Source: Ginglymostoma cirratum
Lineage: Eukaryota
DNA length: 64,000 bases
Assembly: GCA_024137785.1 (NCBI GenBank)
Contig: JAHRHZ010000054.1
Coordinates: 3,718,493 to 3,782,492, forward strand
Reading direction: 5' to 3'
Notes under the pieces: generated by a model
Database searches by the model: none
Seen by the model: only the letters and a program-made list of their open reading frames with translations
Told to the model about the DNA's origin: nothing
Translations under genes and position numbers: made by a program
In this document: piece by piece, positions 13,395 to 26,680 of the stretch
How positions within the stretch are numbered: position 1 is the stretch's first letter
How the letters are laid out: the number at the start of each line of letters is the position of its first letter

Positions 13395-15874
13395 AAGACA
13401 TGCGAATATTGTTTTATATTGTTTTTATGCTAATAGATGCTAACTGGTCCACTTTAAGCTTTCCTTTTGTTATGTAGTCTCTTCCAGTTTTCTCCCCTCC
13501 CAAAGGCACTGTGTGTGGCTAAGGTGTAATTTGAATTACTTCCCTCTATCTGCCTTAGATGTTTAGTTTTGTTTTGTGAAGGGTGTTGCACCGAGCCCTT
13601 CCTGGTCTCTCCTGATTATTGCTTTCCAGGAGCAAGGAACAAGATTTTGTTTCCTGTCTCCTTAACCTGTGAGCTGTACAGCTGTCAAGACCTTCCTAAA
13701 TTAAACTAAATGACATGGGATGATATTGGGTCAGAACTCACTGGAAAATAATGTTGGTTTAATGGCATGTATCGTTATTAACCTGCAGATCGAACCAGCT
13801 ATTTCAGGACGTTTAGGAGATAAGTAAGTTGCATAACTCCAGAACACACTAGCTGATGCTTAAGTTGATGCCCTTTCTCTGTTTAATGAATATTAGATGC
13901 CTAATTTTTACCCAGAGTTTCCAATAATATGAAAAATTACAACTGGAGATAGATCATTAGAGTCCTAAAACTTTAAGGCGTAGAGTTTGGAGATTAAGGG
14001 CATTCTTGCGAAAGTGGGATATCTGTCAGATGCTTTCTTATGTCCTACATAATTTTCCTTTTATAACTTGTACTTATCCTTTTTTTGGTCAGCGAAGTGA
14101 AAACACATAGTCATGATTAGGAATCTCCAACACATAGTTCTGAAAAACCTAAATATAACAATAGCATTTCTTTTACTTGGTGACTTTCTTATTCTTCTGC
14201 CAGTTATTCTTTCCTTGATACCTTCAGTGCCTCTGTTTAATCTTGAAAATGTCATTTTCTCAAATGGTAAAATCAACATCATGATCTTCAGTTCCTGTTG
14301 TATCCCAACATCTCCCTTTCACTGTCCTGGCCATCGTCCCAGGCTGAAAATCTCTTTTTTTCTAACCTTGAGCTGTTGTTTACCTTTGAGCTTAGCTTTC
14401 AGTGCCTCATTATCTCCACCTGTATCTTTGTGCCTCAGCTCATTCTCTTCTGAAACCTTCCTCCAGAGTTGATGATTCCAACGGTATCCTGGCTGTCTCC
14501 CCATCATTCGCCTTTCAAAAATAAAACCATACAAAAGTTATATTGCCTGCCCCAAAACATGCATCACATGCTATTCACCTGTTTATGCCGATGCTTATTG
14601 AGGTGCATTAACCCTATTCCATTAATGTCTCAAACACAAGTGTCAGGATCTGACCACAAAACTTTCTTTGTGTCCCCTACCCATTCGTATTACCTTCTCT
14701 AGCAGTAGAACACAAGATGACCTCTGTGTTCTTACAAACTTTGCCTCTTGTGCATTTAACCTAAACCTTAGACCAACTGTTGGCATCCATACCTTGATCT
14801 GTCTGGGCTGTTTGTTATGGAAATCTCTCAATAGCCATTCCTCAAAATCTTCCTCTTAACTGGTGTCAATTTTTGTTTGACTATACTCCTATGAAACACA
14901 TTGGGATGTTTCGTTTCACACTGATGTCATAACCGTCAGGGTATTGCCCAAGCTGAGGTCAAGCTCAAGCTCAACATATGGAGTATATGAAAAACTGGAA
15001 GACGTTGAACAGTTCGGGACAGTTTTTGCATTTAAACTGGATTTGACTAATAAACGAGATCACTAATTAGGGCTGTAAGCCACCTGATTATGCCAATCAG
15101 GTAACTTTGGCAAAGAGCCAAACATAGCTTTTAGGCAAATAAGAGATGGTTTATTGCCCCTTAATGGCTGAAAAACCTGGTCGTGAGACACTGCAGGGCT
15201 AAGTACTGATGGTTTCCCAGCAACTCTTTGTTCTTTGTCTTCCTAAAATATCAGACAAAAAACATCCTCCTCCAAGGCTCACAGTAAAGGCAATTCTCTC
15301 CTGAAGCCTGATCAAGCTTCCACATATTAGGATCTTGATCATTTTGTATATTCTGAAGAGCTGAACTGTGACTACTTTCCAAAGATTTGGAACTTCAATT
15401 TTTGTGAGCTGAAGCTTGCCTAAAATTCCTTCCATTGGACTACGCCTATTTTCTGTTTTTGAGACTAGTAGGGGTGTTTTCTCTTTTGCCCTTTGAAAAT
15501 ATAGTCTCTGCAGAATTGTGTTTTTCGTGTTGCATGAGTGTTTCTTTTGGGATTAAACAAGGGATAGCATTGCAACTTTGTTTTTAAGAAATGGGTTAAC
15601 ACCTAATGGCAAAATTGGTTTTGTTTAATACAAATTATTCTGGTTCATTTAAAAACAAATGGAAGTATAAAAACAGAATCAAAGGGAATTGTTTTGGGAA
15701 GCACTGGTGTATGACCTAAAAAATAAACTGCAATAACTCAACAAGGGTCCTCAACAACACTTTCCAAAATTGTAAACTCTTGCCACCTAGAAGGACAAAG
15801 GTAACAAATGCCTGGGAATTTAATTTTGAAGAAGTTACCAAGTTACAGAATGGAGTAAAGACTTACAACAGGAG

Positions 15875-16172
15875 AGTTAGCACTGCTGCCTCACAGAGCC
15901 AGGGACCCCGGTTCGATTCCAGCCTTGGGCGACTGTGTGGAGTTTGCACACTGTCTCCGTGTCTGCATGGGTTTCCTCCGGGTGCTCCGGTTTCCTCCCA
16001 CAGTCCAAAGATGCACAGGTTAGGTGGATTGGCCATGCTAAATTTACCGTAGTGTTCAGGGAGGTGTACATTAGGTGGGTCATAGAGGGATGGGTCTGGG
16101 TGGGATGCTCTGAGGTTCGGTGTGGACTTGTTGGGCTGAAGGGCTTGTTTCCAAACTGTAGGGATTCTATGA
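15875..16172 (+). mobile_element. tRNA-derived V-SINE (HE1-like)
   Basis: B-box ggttcgattcc; V-domain tgtggagtttgcac...gggtttcctccgggtgctccggtttcctcccacagtccaaagat; CR1-like 3' tail. Confidence 0.88.
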
Positions 16173-16239
16173 TGAAGCTTGTGCTTGAGAATCTTGGGAA
16201 CCTTTTGCAGTTCTTTGATTTCAAGTCATTAATTTTTCA

Positions 16240-16850
16240 TAAAGGCAGTGTCATACAGCACACAAGAGGCCCTTCAGCCTGTGCTGATCTATGTATGCTT
16301 ATACCACTATTCAGTACTTGGCCTATTAGTAGTATGTGATTAACAATGTTAGTTAAAGATTGAGAGGCTTCTGGCCTTTGCTGTCCTCCTAGACAGTGCA
16401 TTCCAGATTTTCACAACCCTGAGTGAAAAGAGTCCCCACTAAATCTCCTGCCATCTTATTATTGACCTTTCAACTCAGGGAAACAGCCGTTTCCTTATCC
16501 ACCCTTTCTGTGCCCCTGAACGTTCTCTGCTCTGAACAACCCAAACCTATCCAGCCCCTCTCCGTAGCTAAAACATACTGGTGAATCCCCTCTGCATCCT
16601 CTCCAGTGTAATCAAATCCTCCTTAGTGTGGTGACCAGAGCTGCACATACTACCCCAGAGTTCTCTGCAGGTCCAACATAATTTCTTCTGGGCTATCTAG
16701 TGTCCTGCAATTTGTTGAGTACTCCCTTTTCTTGTTACTTCTTCCAAAGTGTGTCACCTCACACTTATCAGGGTTAATTTCCATTAGCCAGTGATTTGCC
16801 CATCTGACCAATCCATCTACATCTTTCTGTAACCTAAGACCTGCATCCTC
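16240..16850 (-). mobile_element. Degenerate CR1-like LINE fragment
   Basis: Reverse-complement CR1 3' motifs (gtgaatcccctctgcatcctctccagtg; ggcccttcagcc). Confidence 0.65.
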
Positions 16851-19800
16851 ACTATCTTGTAGCTTGATGTGACCAACTGATTTACTAAGTCATTTCAAAG
16901 AGTAATCTGTATTGTTGTGTGTCTGAAGGGTAAAGTCTCAATTTCAGCTGATCACTACAATCAATACTGCACTAATTGAGACTGTAATAGGTAATGTGGT
17001 TCGGTAGCTCGATGTATGACACAAGCAATTTCTTCAACCATCTCAAGTTTCATCCATATTTGTCTTTGAGAGCAGCTAGACCATGAAAGAATGCAAAAAT
17101 ATAAATGTCAAAATGGAAGTTGGGCTGCAGTACACTTGCTTAGATTGCTGATATCTATATGTTATAAAAGGCCACCAAGTTGGACATTACCAGAATGCCC
17201 ATTCCACTTGCCTTACTCATGAAGATTTGCTTTATTTTGGGAAGTGCATGTGTGTGTTTGAAATAATCAAAGACAAGATAATCAAATAGTTATTTATAGC
17301 ACAATTATATTACAGTGGAATGTACAATTGAAATTTAGTGTTTGTTATTGGATAACGTACACATGCAAAAGATCAATCCATCTCAAAGCCCCACAACCCC
17401 ACCCCCCCCCCAATCACTATATGCTAAACTAAGATGCTGAATCGCAAAAATGTTACTCATTGCTGCACTGATAGCATAGAACTCCACGCTTCAGAAGGTA
17501 AGGAGTGGGATTAGTGTGTATAAAAGAACAAGGAATTAAGGGAGGATGGCTGAGAGCTGTAAACAAAGAAATATTTTCAAATATCTTTTACAAATTAAAA
17601 TTAAACCAGTTAATAAAGATTCCTCAGCCAACTTCTGTGTAATGTAGAATTTCCTTTGTGCAAAGCTGAAGTCCGTGGCTCATTATTTCTAAATTTTCAT
17701 TATGACAAAGTTGACAATGAGCTGATAGTTTGCAATACCGATGCCAGTTCAGATTCAATGTTAGGGTGCAAGCCTCCTCCTTCCAACAACACCCATCCCA
17801 ACTACACTATCTTTTCCTCGCTCTCCATTCTATTGCCCTCCCTACCTAAAACTGTTACTGTGCACTTCACATGACAAAAATTGAAGTGTTTATCTGGACT
17901 GGACTAGCCAAATTTTACTGAACTATGTTCTAAGCCACTGAAATAATGTCAGTAGGTACTTCAAATTGATCTTTCCCAATGTTGGTAACTTTACTCCAAC
18001 TTGTGGAATGAAATCAAATTCTAATTGCTTAACAGAATGATGGCACATTTCAATAAATGTAAACTTAAAACAAGTTCTACTGTTTCTGTAGGGAAAGTGA
18101 TGTGTCAGGTATGCCCCATGGTTGTGTTCTTTCAATTGTGCTTGACGTGCAGACGCTAATTGAGGATTAGCAAAGGAGAAGTGGGATCATTTTCTGTCTG
18201 TTGACAGTCTGGTAATCTCTCCACCACTATCAGATTTCATTGTCATCCAATTGTGCAATTGGATAGAACATGGAGCCTAAGCCTCAATAGAAACTTTAAT
18301 TTGGAATCAAACAGTTCTATTCACTGATGAGATGAGACAATGAAACCACACGAAAACAAAAATCAGTTCATCTAGATTTGAGTCTCAGTGGAGATCTAAA
18401 TATACACTATGGCATAAGGTAACTTCCAATACATACAGTTTTTCAGTCTGTCCTATAATGTATTCAGTGGCTCTGTACCATCCATAAGTGGTTTTAACTC
18501 GATTGTAAACTGGGAAAAAGACTAAAATAGCTTGACAATTAATAACATACTTTGTAAATAAAAGTGTTATTTTACAGGAAATCTGGGCAAACTTGATACC
18601 CAAAATCTTTAGCTTTTATTTCAATTACATAGGGAAAACTACTTTAGAGAAATTAGAATACAAAGCTGAGTGGGGAAAGGCAACAATGTTGTTAACTGAT
18701 ATATGTGGAGCTCTGGAAATCTGGTCCTTCAATTCTGGGTAATTGAATCTTGTTATTCTTGTTTAAACTTCACAGGCCAGGAGGTTTAGAATAGCTGTTC
18801 TTTGCACAGGTTAATGAGTGGAAAAAATTGTGAATCATAAAATCAACAAACATCATTACAAAAAAGGTCTGATAAATACTGGCACATTGGGGTGCATATA
18901 AATCACTAAATTTGGATCTAACCTTTCTGTAGCCATGAAGTTCACGGTCTGTACATACGAAGGACAGAATGCTCAATTAGTTAGTGAGGTATCACTTTAA
19001 ATCTTTCAACCGATATTTCCAGTACAACCAATTATAAGGGGAGACTGGCTGAAATTAACTGTTCTCGCCTCACACTCTAATCCTCTGTAGGTAGGATTTG
19101 TTAGTGAAATGATTAAATATAATTTACATCATGGTAGAATGAGACAATTTTGTCCACAGTAACTACAGAAACAAAAAACTTGCAGCTTCTTGAAATCTGA
19201 AGAATTTAAAAGACGACAGTGAATCAGATGGTGGCTGACCTGTAGAGTGTTTCCAGCATTTTGTATTTTATTTCTCCCTGTATGTTTTGCATGTGATTCA
19301 TTGGGTTAATTTTTTTTGAGAAATGGTAAAAATAAACTATTTATTATTTCAATTCTGCACAGATCTTGAGATATGCTTCCTTCATTTGACTATCAATATT
19401 TTATTTTACTGCAATCAAAGCATATGCTATCTACATTTAAACAGGACATTGGCCAAAGGTAAAGTACTCTGTTTACCAGTTATTCTTCCACTTTTCATTT
19501 TTTATGAAATTATTAACACACCTAGCTTGAGCTTCAGTATTTGCATTGTAATGTTAACACTGCTACGGACTGTGGGAAAACAGTGCTGCACACAATGTAT
19601 GAAAGGTAGCACAAGACCGAAAGGAGACTATCTATTGTATTAGGTTTGAGATCATACACAATGGCCCAAAGAGAAGGAAAGCCAAATCTTAAAATAATCA
19701 ATTTAAGTGTACTTTAGGAATTTTAATGTCCATCAAAAAAGGGTGAAAGTGCTAATCACAGACTACCATCTGCTGGACAGCTGAAGGAATAACAGGAGGG

Positions 19801-21746
19801 TTAAAATGCAAGAGTCAAGCAATTCATGCTTCCTGTACACTTAAAAGATTCAGTCCCATTGTTAGAAGAATAGTAACTGATGTTGGTTTTAGCATTTAGA
19901 TAACTCTGCATATTCATTGCTCGAAAGGGAAAGTAGTAATATACCAGCTCAGCCGCCAATTATTTAACAGCACTCAAATAGCCAAGTTACATTTCCTATC
20001 TCCCTAAAGATTTCTTTCTCTTCTCAGCTGACTGCCAACTTGCATATCCAGTTATGGATAACATACTGGGTTTCTGAAAACAATTCAAATGAATTACTGC
20101 AAACTTACTAATAGCCCTTAACAGTGCATTTTAAAACCCTGGCCATTAATCTTACCTTAAATTCATTAATTTTGGTAGCACAAATGTTCTGATTTTTTTT
20201 TCCCTAACAACAGAAATAAACTTGTTTCCATGGTTAAGAAAATAGCACTACATTTCAGCAGCATCCCATTCTATCAAATCTGGCAGTGTAATGCATCCAT
20301 CATCTATCAATGTGCACAGAAAAACCACAGGGTCAGTCCAGAACGATGCTCAGCAAATCCTGGATCAACAATATATGCAAGTTAAGCAGTGGAACTGCAC
20401 TGAATTTCAGTCAGGCTTTGACATTGTCTAGTTTGGGCCCTGTGGCAACTGAGTGGAACTCAGGCTGAGGCAGCAGGAGTTGGAACTGAAGCTACAACAG
20501 ATTCTTGGCAGCAACAAACATCACCACGAAAGAAAGGTAATCTAAAAGCAGACAAATAATTGACTCAGTCATTGGAATGAGGCTGGAAGATTCTGCACAT
20601 TCCAAAGCTGATGGTACTGACAGGTCATTGATCTGAAGAAAATCACAAATCAACAGTGAGCTGATCAGCATGGAATGTTCCCTCATATAAAAGGAAGTCC
20701 CCAGTAGACTTCCAAAATATAACTGTGGCTTAGTGCTGGCAATATAAACAGAGCTGAAATTGTTTCTGCCTTTAAATAGTTTTGCTGTGGAGCAGACCTG
20801 ACAAAAGGAGGAAACAGCATGATTGCTAACCCAACAACACAAGAGAGGTGAAACGCAGATCCATCAATTGAGAAGCACCACTCCAGCAGAAATGATTGAA
20901 ACTGACTCAGTTATATATACTGCAGACACTCAATGACCAAACTCAAAATAGAAAAGACACAGATGGGTGAAGTACTGTAGGATGGTCAGTAACTACAGAA
21001 CCACACCAGAGTACAGGTCTGTTCAGGAACAGTATTTGAGAAAACTCAGGGGAAATCAATGAAGCTGTGTCATCTAACAACACTCCAAATAAAATGAGTT
21101 ACTGAGAATCTACTGCAAGGCAGAGCTGGCTGACTAAGTAATGGGGAGGACAAAAACCATGAAGACACAATGTCTAAGATGCTCAACAGGAAGAGATCTG
21201 GATCAGCAAGGGCCAACTGCATGGCCAATGGGCAAAATGTCCAAATGCACTGGCAGTACAGCTATGGGTCAAACAGCAAGAATAAGCACTGAGTGGGTTC
21301 AACCTCCACAGGTCAAAAAAGGACGACAAACTGGCTTTCCAGGCTATCATTTTTGAGAGAGATTTCTGAAGCAGATCTTAAACTAGAGTTGGTCACAACA
21401 TAAAACCCCTATGTTAACGGACCAAGTAAACATATATCAACCATTGGAAACAGTGGTTTAAATATAATCAAACAAGTAAGCAAGAATTTACTATCATCTG
21501 CGTTAATACTAGGTTTAAAAGGAATCTTGATTTTTGTACATTCAGAAATTGGTTATGATACAAGCCTGGGCACTGTTCTTTCCAGTTTACATGCAAATAG
21601 CTTGCAGTTTTAATCTGTCCCTATTGTGTAGAAATTCAAATGAAGGCTGATCAAGTTTTCTGTCGTCTTGTCCCCTTCTTTAAAAAATGCATCTCCAAAT
21701 CCCAAGGATTCATGTTCATTATCCTGGGAGATCTCAGACCAACTAA

Positions 21747-22367
21747 TCATGTTTTATTTAGAGTCCACAACGGATCCAGAAGATTCAAAGGATCTTCACC
21801 AGTGTGAGTAGCCTGCAGGCCCTGGCCATCCTGGGGCTGCAAGAAGTTGTGCTTGCTAATTTTCTGCCTGTTCCGGGGATTGGTGTCTAGGGTGAAGGTC
21901 TCTGCAGTTAAGGATGCCAAAAGATCCAGTGAGGTGGTCTTGCTGTCTGCGTTTGTTATGGGATTCGTGGAGGTTGCTTGTAAAACAACTGGACAATCTC
22001 CTACGTTCACTTTCATTTCATCCAACTCTCGGCTTGTATCACAACTCACTGAGCTGACACTGTTTGTTTCAACAGCTGATTGACTTGATGGCGTCATCTG
22101 TGATGGTATAGTTGGTTCTGCCACTGCACTAGTGACCTCAACCTTGAGGTCCTGCTGAAGCAGATCATTAGACAGTGGTATGGTATCAGTCTGAGAATCA
22201 GACCAAATATCAAAGCTTGGATCAAATGAAGGCAGAGAGTTCAGTTTGCCATCGCCAATGGTCCCAGCAGATGTCTTGATGCTGAGCTTTGCAATGGTGG
22301 CCTGGATGGAACTAATTGGTAAATCACCTCCAAGAACTAAATCCTGGGATTCTTGGCGAGTATAAAC
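21747..22367 (-). CDS. PTPN23: PTPN23 terminal exon, VYTRQESQDLVLGGDLPISSIQATIAKLSI...DPLNLLDPLWTLNKT*
   Basis: ctgtag|GTT...TGA; 621 bp; includes ORF 21747..22124; conserved C-terminus. Confidence 0.95.
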   Translation of the reverse strand, partial: VYTRQESQDLVLGGDLPISSIQATIAKLSIKTSAGTIGDGKLNSLPSFDPSFDIWSDSQTDTIPLSNDLLQQDLKVEVTSAVAEPTIPSQMTPSSQSAVETNSVSSVSCDTSRELDEMKVNVGDCPVVLQATSTNPITNADSKTTSLDLLASLTAETFTLDTNPRNRQKISKHNFLQPQDGQGLQATHTGEDPLNLLDPLWTLNKT

Positions 22368-24119
22368 CTACAGAGCAAAAAATAAATGAGAATGAATGAG
22401 GAAAAAACCCTTTCTCTTTCTAACTGAAAGAATGTTCCCTTCACAGTTAAATAATTACAATATTACATTCTTTTCCCCACAGAAGCTCAATGATTTACAG
22501 TGCTAGGTGCTAAAAGATGAATAAAAGGTAAGCAAATTAGGAAGTAGTAATTCAGTAACACTAAAGTTACTTTTGAAAACACAGATTGTGGGAGGAAGAA
22601 ACACAACATGTGAAGATTCACAGTTTTGAGATTCAGGAAACATATGTAAGGGCAGGAGGTAATTTTAAGGAGCGAAAACAGAAAACATTTGAAACTTTTA
22701 CTCCTTTTTAAAGGGGAAAGCAAAAGTGACTAACTAATCTCCTCTGGTAGTATTGGTTCAGAGGAGATTATTAGCTGAAATACCTCTTGTTCAAGTTAAA
22801 ATAGAGGTTTCAGAACCTTTGATAGGAATTCAAAGTCTTGATTTACAATTGCATGCAAAGGTGGGACCTTATCGTGCAGCACTCCTTCAATACTACACTA
22901 AAATGGCAACCTAGCAGAAGAATTCAATGCCTCCAATTTTGGATCTAGGCACGAGAATGTTACTACTCAAGCCATCACCCCATGTAATTTGCTGATCTAC
23001 ACTGTCTCCCATTCTGTCAAATCTTAATTTTAAAATTCTTGTCTTGGTCTTCCGATCTCACCACGGCAGCACTGTACTATGGCATCAATGCTAATAGATC
23101 AGGGGAAAGATACAGATGGGAATCCTGGAAGTTTGGATTTCACCCCCCGTTCCAGGTAGAAGTGTGACAGCACTTTCTAAAAGCAATATATTGTTTCACA
23201 GGGTGAGATGATGAACTGATGTCATTCTCAAATGACAGCAAGCAGATGCCTGTGTAATGGTGCTGAAGGCTATAAAATGAAGTAGTCTGCCCAAGAGAAT
23301 ACAATGAGTTTGTTTTGTTTTCTCCCAGCTGCCTCCCTCACTTTCCAGCTTCCTCTGCAACACCGGAGTTTCTCTCGGCCTTCGTGTCTGCACTTGGTAA
23401 CCTTACTGTAATAATTATTCCAAATATATAAACTGCCTAATCAGTTACTGGAAGTAAGATGATTGCTGCCCTTGGACACTCCTTCATTAGCCACAAAGTG
23501 GGCAGTTTGGAAAAAAGCTGAGGTCAAGGTTCAAGATTCTAGCAGCAGACCCCACCCATGCCCATCCAATACTGAGTGTTAAAATTCATTCATCAGCCCT
23601 CAGAACTCTGAACCCTACCACTAGCCTCAAACATCTCAATTTTCATTTCTCAGTGTTACAAACTGTCCCTTCAATTGCCTGAGTCCTAGGTTCTGAAATT
23701 TCCTCTCCAAATTTCTCTGCGACCATGTCCTTCAAAGTCAGATGTGATCATTTTTTTTCTTATACCTGATGTGGTTCAGTGGCAAAATGTATTTGGTAAC
23801 ATTCCCTGGATGTACTTTGGGATATTCTACTGTTATGACTGGTGGCCAGTTTTTAAACTGTCCAAGGCCTGAACAGGGGAATTCCCTCCCTATATCTATC
23901 TACTTCTCCCTTTCCACACTTCAGATACTCTTTAAAACCTACTTCTTTCACCAAGCTTTTAGACATCTGATCAAACATATATGGATCAATAATATATTTT
24001 GTTTCATGTTCCTGCAATACAACTTGGGATTTAAATGCAATTTGGAATTGTGGTTCTAAATAAATGAGTTGTTAAAGGCAATAGTTTATAAACTAAGTTT
24101 CAAAAACATGAACAAGTAC

Positions 24120-24233
24120 CTTTTGCGATGAACTGCTCGGTATTTTGCTGGAAAACGTAGTGATAACTCCATGCCTCAGCAGAACAAGCTCCACATGATT
24201 AAGAATGGCTTCATAACAGAACTTCAGGTGGAG
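24120..24233 (-). CDS. PTPN23: PTPN23 exon (~e24), LHLKFCYEAILNHVELVLLRHGVITTFSSKIPSSSSQK
   Basis: ttttag|CTC...AAG|gtactt; 114 bp. Confidence 0.93.
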
Positions 24234-26136
24234 CTAAAATGATAAACCGCAAAGCAGATCAGAAAAGCAGCAGCTGCCATGCATGTCTTTTATGTTTATA
24301 TGTTGACTTCCCTCCCACAAACCACAAAAACAATTGCTGGGAACTGAAAAGTATACTTTAGCAGACTGCATTGGTAAATTATTTAAGTACACAAGATTGC
24401 AATACAGCATAATATTTTTGGTGATGGCTCAATCAGTTTCAGAAGAAGGCTGAGCTAAATGTTGCACTCCAGTCAAGCGGACGTAGAAAGTTAATGTAAA
24501 CTGGTTTTAGTGGGTCATTCAAACCACTTGTGTGTCAACACACCAAATGGCTATAAACAATTTGACCAGTGTTGGGACTGTGGCCAAAGCCAATCCTGCC
24601 TTTGCCCATTGAGCACCCATGCAAGCATTCTAAAAGAAGGATGTACCAAGGGAGTAGAAGATTAGGAGGAAATAGAAAGGACACAAACACCCAGTCCACA
24701 ATGGAATCCTCTACTAGACAGTGACTTTAATAAATAGTGCAAAACACGAGAAATAAACTTAAATTTTAGATTTGTATCGCAGAACACAAAAGTAAAGTCT
24801 TCTAATCAGCTGACAATTTGGATTATTTTCAAAATGATTTTCTTGAATATAAGAAGTTAATGATATCACTTGCAGGATATGATGTGCATGTGGCACTATT
24901 TTAAGCAAATTAACTACACCTACACACTTTACTAATTATATAGAAGGCTGCTAAAGGACAATAAACAAAAGTGAAGCATTGTTTCAAGTTGGGGGTCACT
25001 TGCTCAAACATATGTCAGAGCGAAAAAAATTATTTAAGCCTTAAACTGATTTTTAGGAGATTGATTTTGTAGCAACATCAATGACAATGTTATTTAGATA
25101 TTGCAAGGCAGGTGGAAAGGTTATTAAATTAGAAAGGATCGTCACAATCAAAAGCTTTTGAAGCATCCAGAAATTTGTAGTTTGGGCTACACCCAATTGA
25201 AAAATTCTTAACATTGTCTTTAGCTGAATTGACCACATGCACGTGGTCTCGACCCTGGTAATTACACTTTGGGAATTCACTCAAAATCAAGGATGAACAA
25301 ACATCACTGAAATGACAGAAGTTGGAAAAAGCCAGAGCTCTGCCAAAGCTCACCATGTTTGCAGAATCTTCCTTTCTATATCATTTTCTCAAATGCAATT
25401 AGGAACGGGCAACAAATGCTGCCAGTCTTGCCTGCAATACCCATATCACTAAAATAAAAACATTCTACCTTGCCTGATGGCACAATACTGTCATGGACAG
25501 GCAAATATGTACCAATAGTTGGAGCATTCATGCCAAATATACAGTTCTTTTCTATAGACGAGGTAGAGATCAGCTAGTTTATATGGTGGGATCCAGAGTC
25601 TTGGATGCTGGTGATCACCAAATTTCACACCCAACAAATGACATCTCCAATACATGCAAGTTCTAAACAAGGATTACGGTTTTGTCTAGTTGATTGTAAA
25701 ATCAAAATATGCGGGTGTTTTCAACCAGATCATCAACCTCAATTCCTTGGAATGAAAGTTTCTGTTTTGATGAAGATGCTTTCTTTTGGCTTTAACAACA
25801 TCATTAGAATAGTCCATGATGAATTCATGTTTTTAAGTAAATCTTGTGCTATACAAGCCAGCAGTCTGAATTCTGTAACAATCACAGAAGAGTTCCACAA
25901 GGTTACATTTGGCTGTTCTAACATATCAGTTAAATTCAATTTCACTAAAGATCTTGTTGCAAGATTTTCAATAGGTCACATGAAAAGCAGTAATGCATTA
26001 CAGTTAAAACGTTGTGGAGCTGGATGAACACAGCAGGCCGAGCAGCATCAGAGGAGCAGGAAAGCTGATGTTTCGGGTCGAGACCCTTCTTCAGAACCTT
26101 TGATAGGAATTCAAAGTCTTGATTTACAATTGCATG

Positions 26137-26536
26137 NNNNNNNNNNNNNNNNNNNNNNNNNNNNNNNNNNNNNNNNNNNNNNNNNNNNNNNNNNNNNNNN
26201 NNNNNNNNNNNNNNNNNNNNNNNNNNNNNNNNNNNNNNNNNNNNNNNNNNNNNNNNNNNNNNNNNNNNNNNNNNNNNNNNNNNNNNNNNNNNNNNNNNNN
26301 NNNNNNNNNNNNNNNNNNNNNNNNNNNNNNNNNNNNNNNNNNNNNNNNNNNNNNNNNNNNNNNNNNNNNNNNNNNNNNNNNNNNNNNNNNNNNNNNNNNN
26401 NNNNNNNNNNNNNNNNNNNNNNNNNNNNNNNNNNNNNNNNNNNNNNNNNNNNNNNNNNNNNNNNNNNNNNNNNNNNNNNNNNNNNNNNNNNNNNNNNNNN
26501 NNNNNNNNNNNNNNNNNNNNNNNNNNNNNNNNNNNN
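26137..26536. other. Assembly gap (400 N)
   Basis: Run of N; flanks 26050-26136 and 26537-26623 are identical. Confidence 0.99.
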
Positions 26537-26649
26537 AGAGGAGCAGGAAAGCTGATGTTTCGGGTCGAGACCCTTCTTCAGAACCTTTGATAGGAATTCA
26601 AAGTCTTGATTTACAATTGCATGCAAAGGTGGGACCTTATCGTGCAGCA

Positions 26650-26680
26650 CTGAAGAAGGGTCTCGACCCGAAACGTCAGC
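26650..26680 (+). ncRNA. Minimal hammerhead ribozyme core
   Basis: CTGAAGA-A-GGGT(ctcg)ACCC-GAAAC-GTC with the canonical GUC cleavage triplet; the stem I 5' strand is replaced by captured sequence. Confidence 0.55.

Noticed and set aside
14200-15700. Possible decayed LTR/Gypsy remnant (also 26790-28100 and 36740-37020)
   Set aside because: I could not establish paired LTRs, a PBS/PPT or a convincing gag/pol motif by eye
15875-15930. tRNA gene (B-box ggttcgattcc; also A/B boxes at 46036-46100)
   Set aside because: These are SINE heads followed by SINE bodies and tails; no complete cloverleaf
20340-21360. Coding-looking stretch (ORFs 20492..20842 and 21141..21356) downstream of the PTPN23 stop
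   Set aside because: No recognisable protein and frequent stops; most simply 3' UTR
21651-21749. PTPN23 stop context TGA-TTAG with a 31-codon in-frame extension ending KKGTRRQKT (possible readthrough)
   Set aside because: Not the canonical TGA-CTAG motif, and an open stretch this long is common by chance; no conservation data
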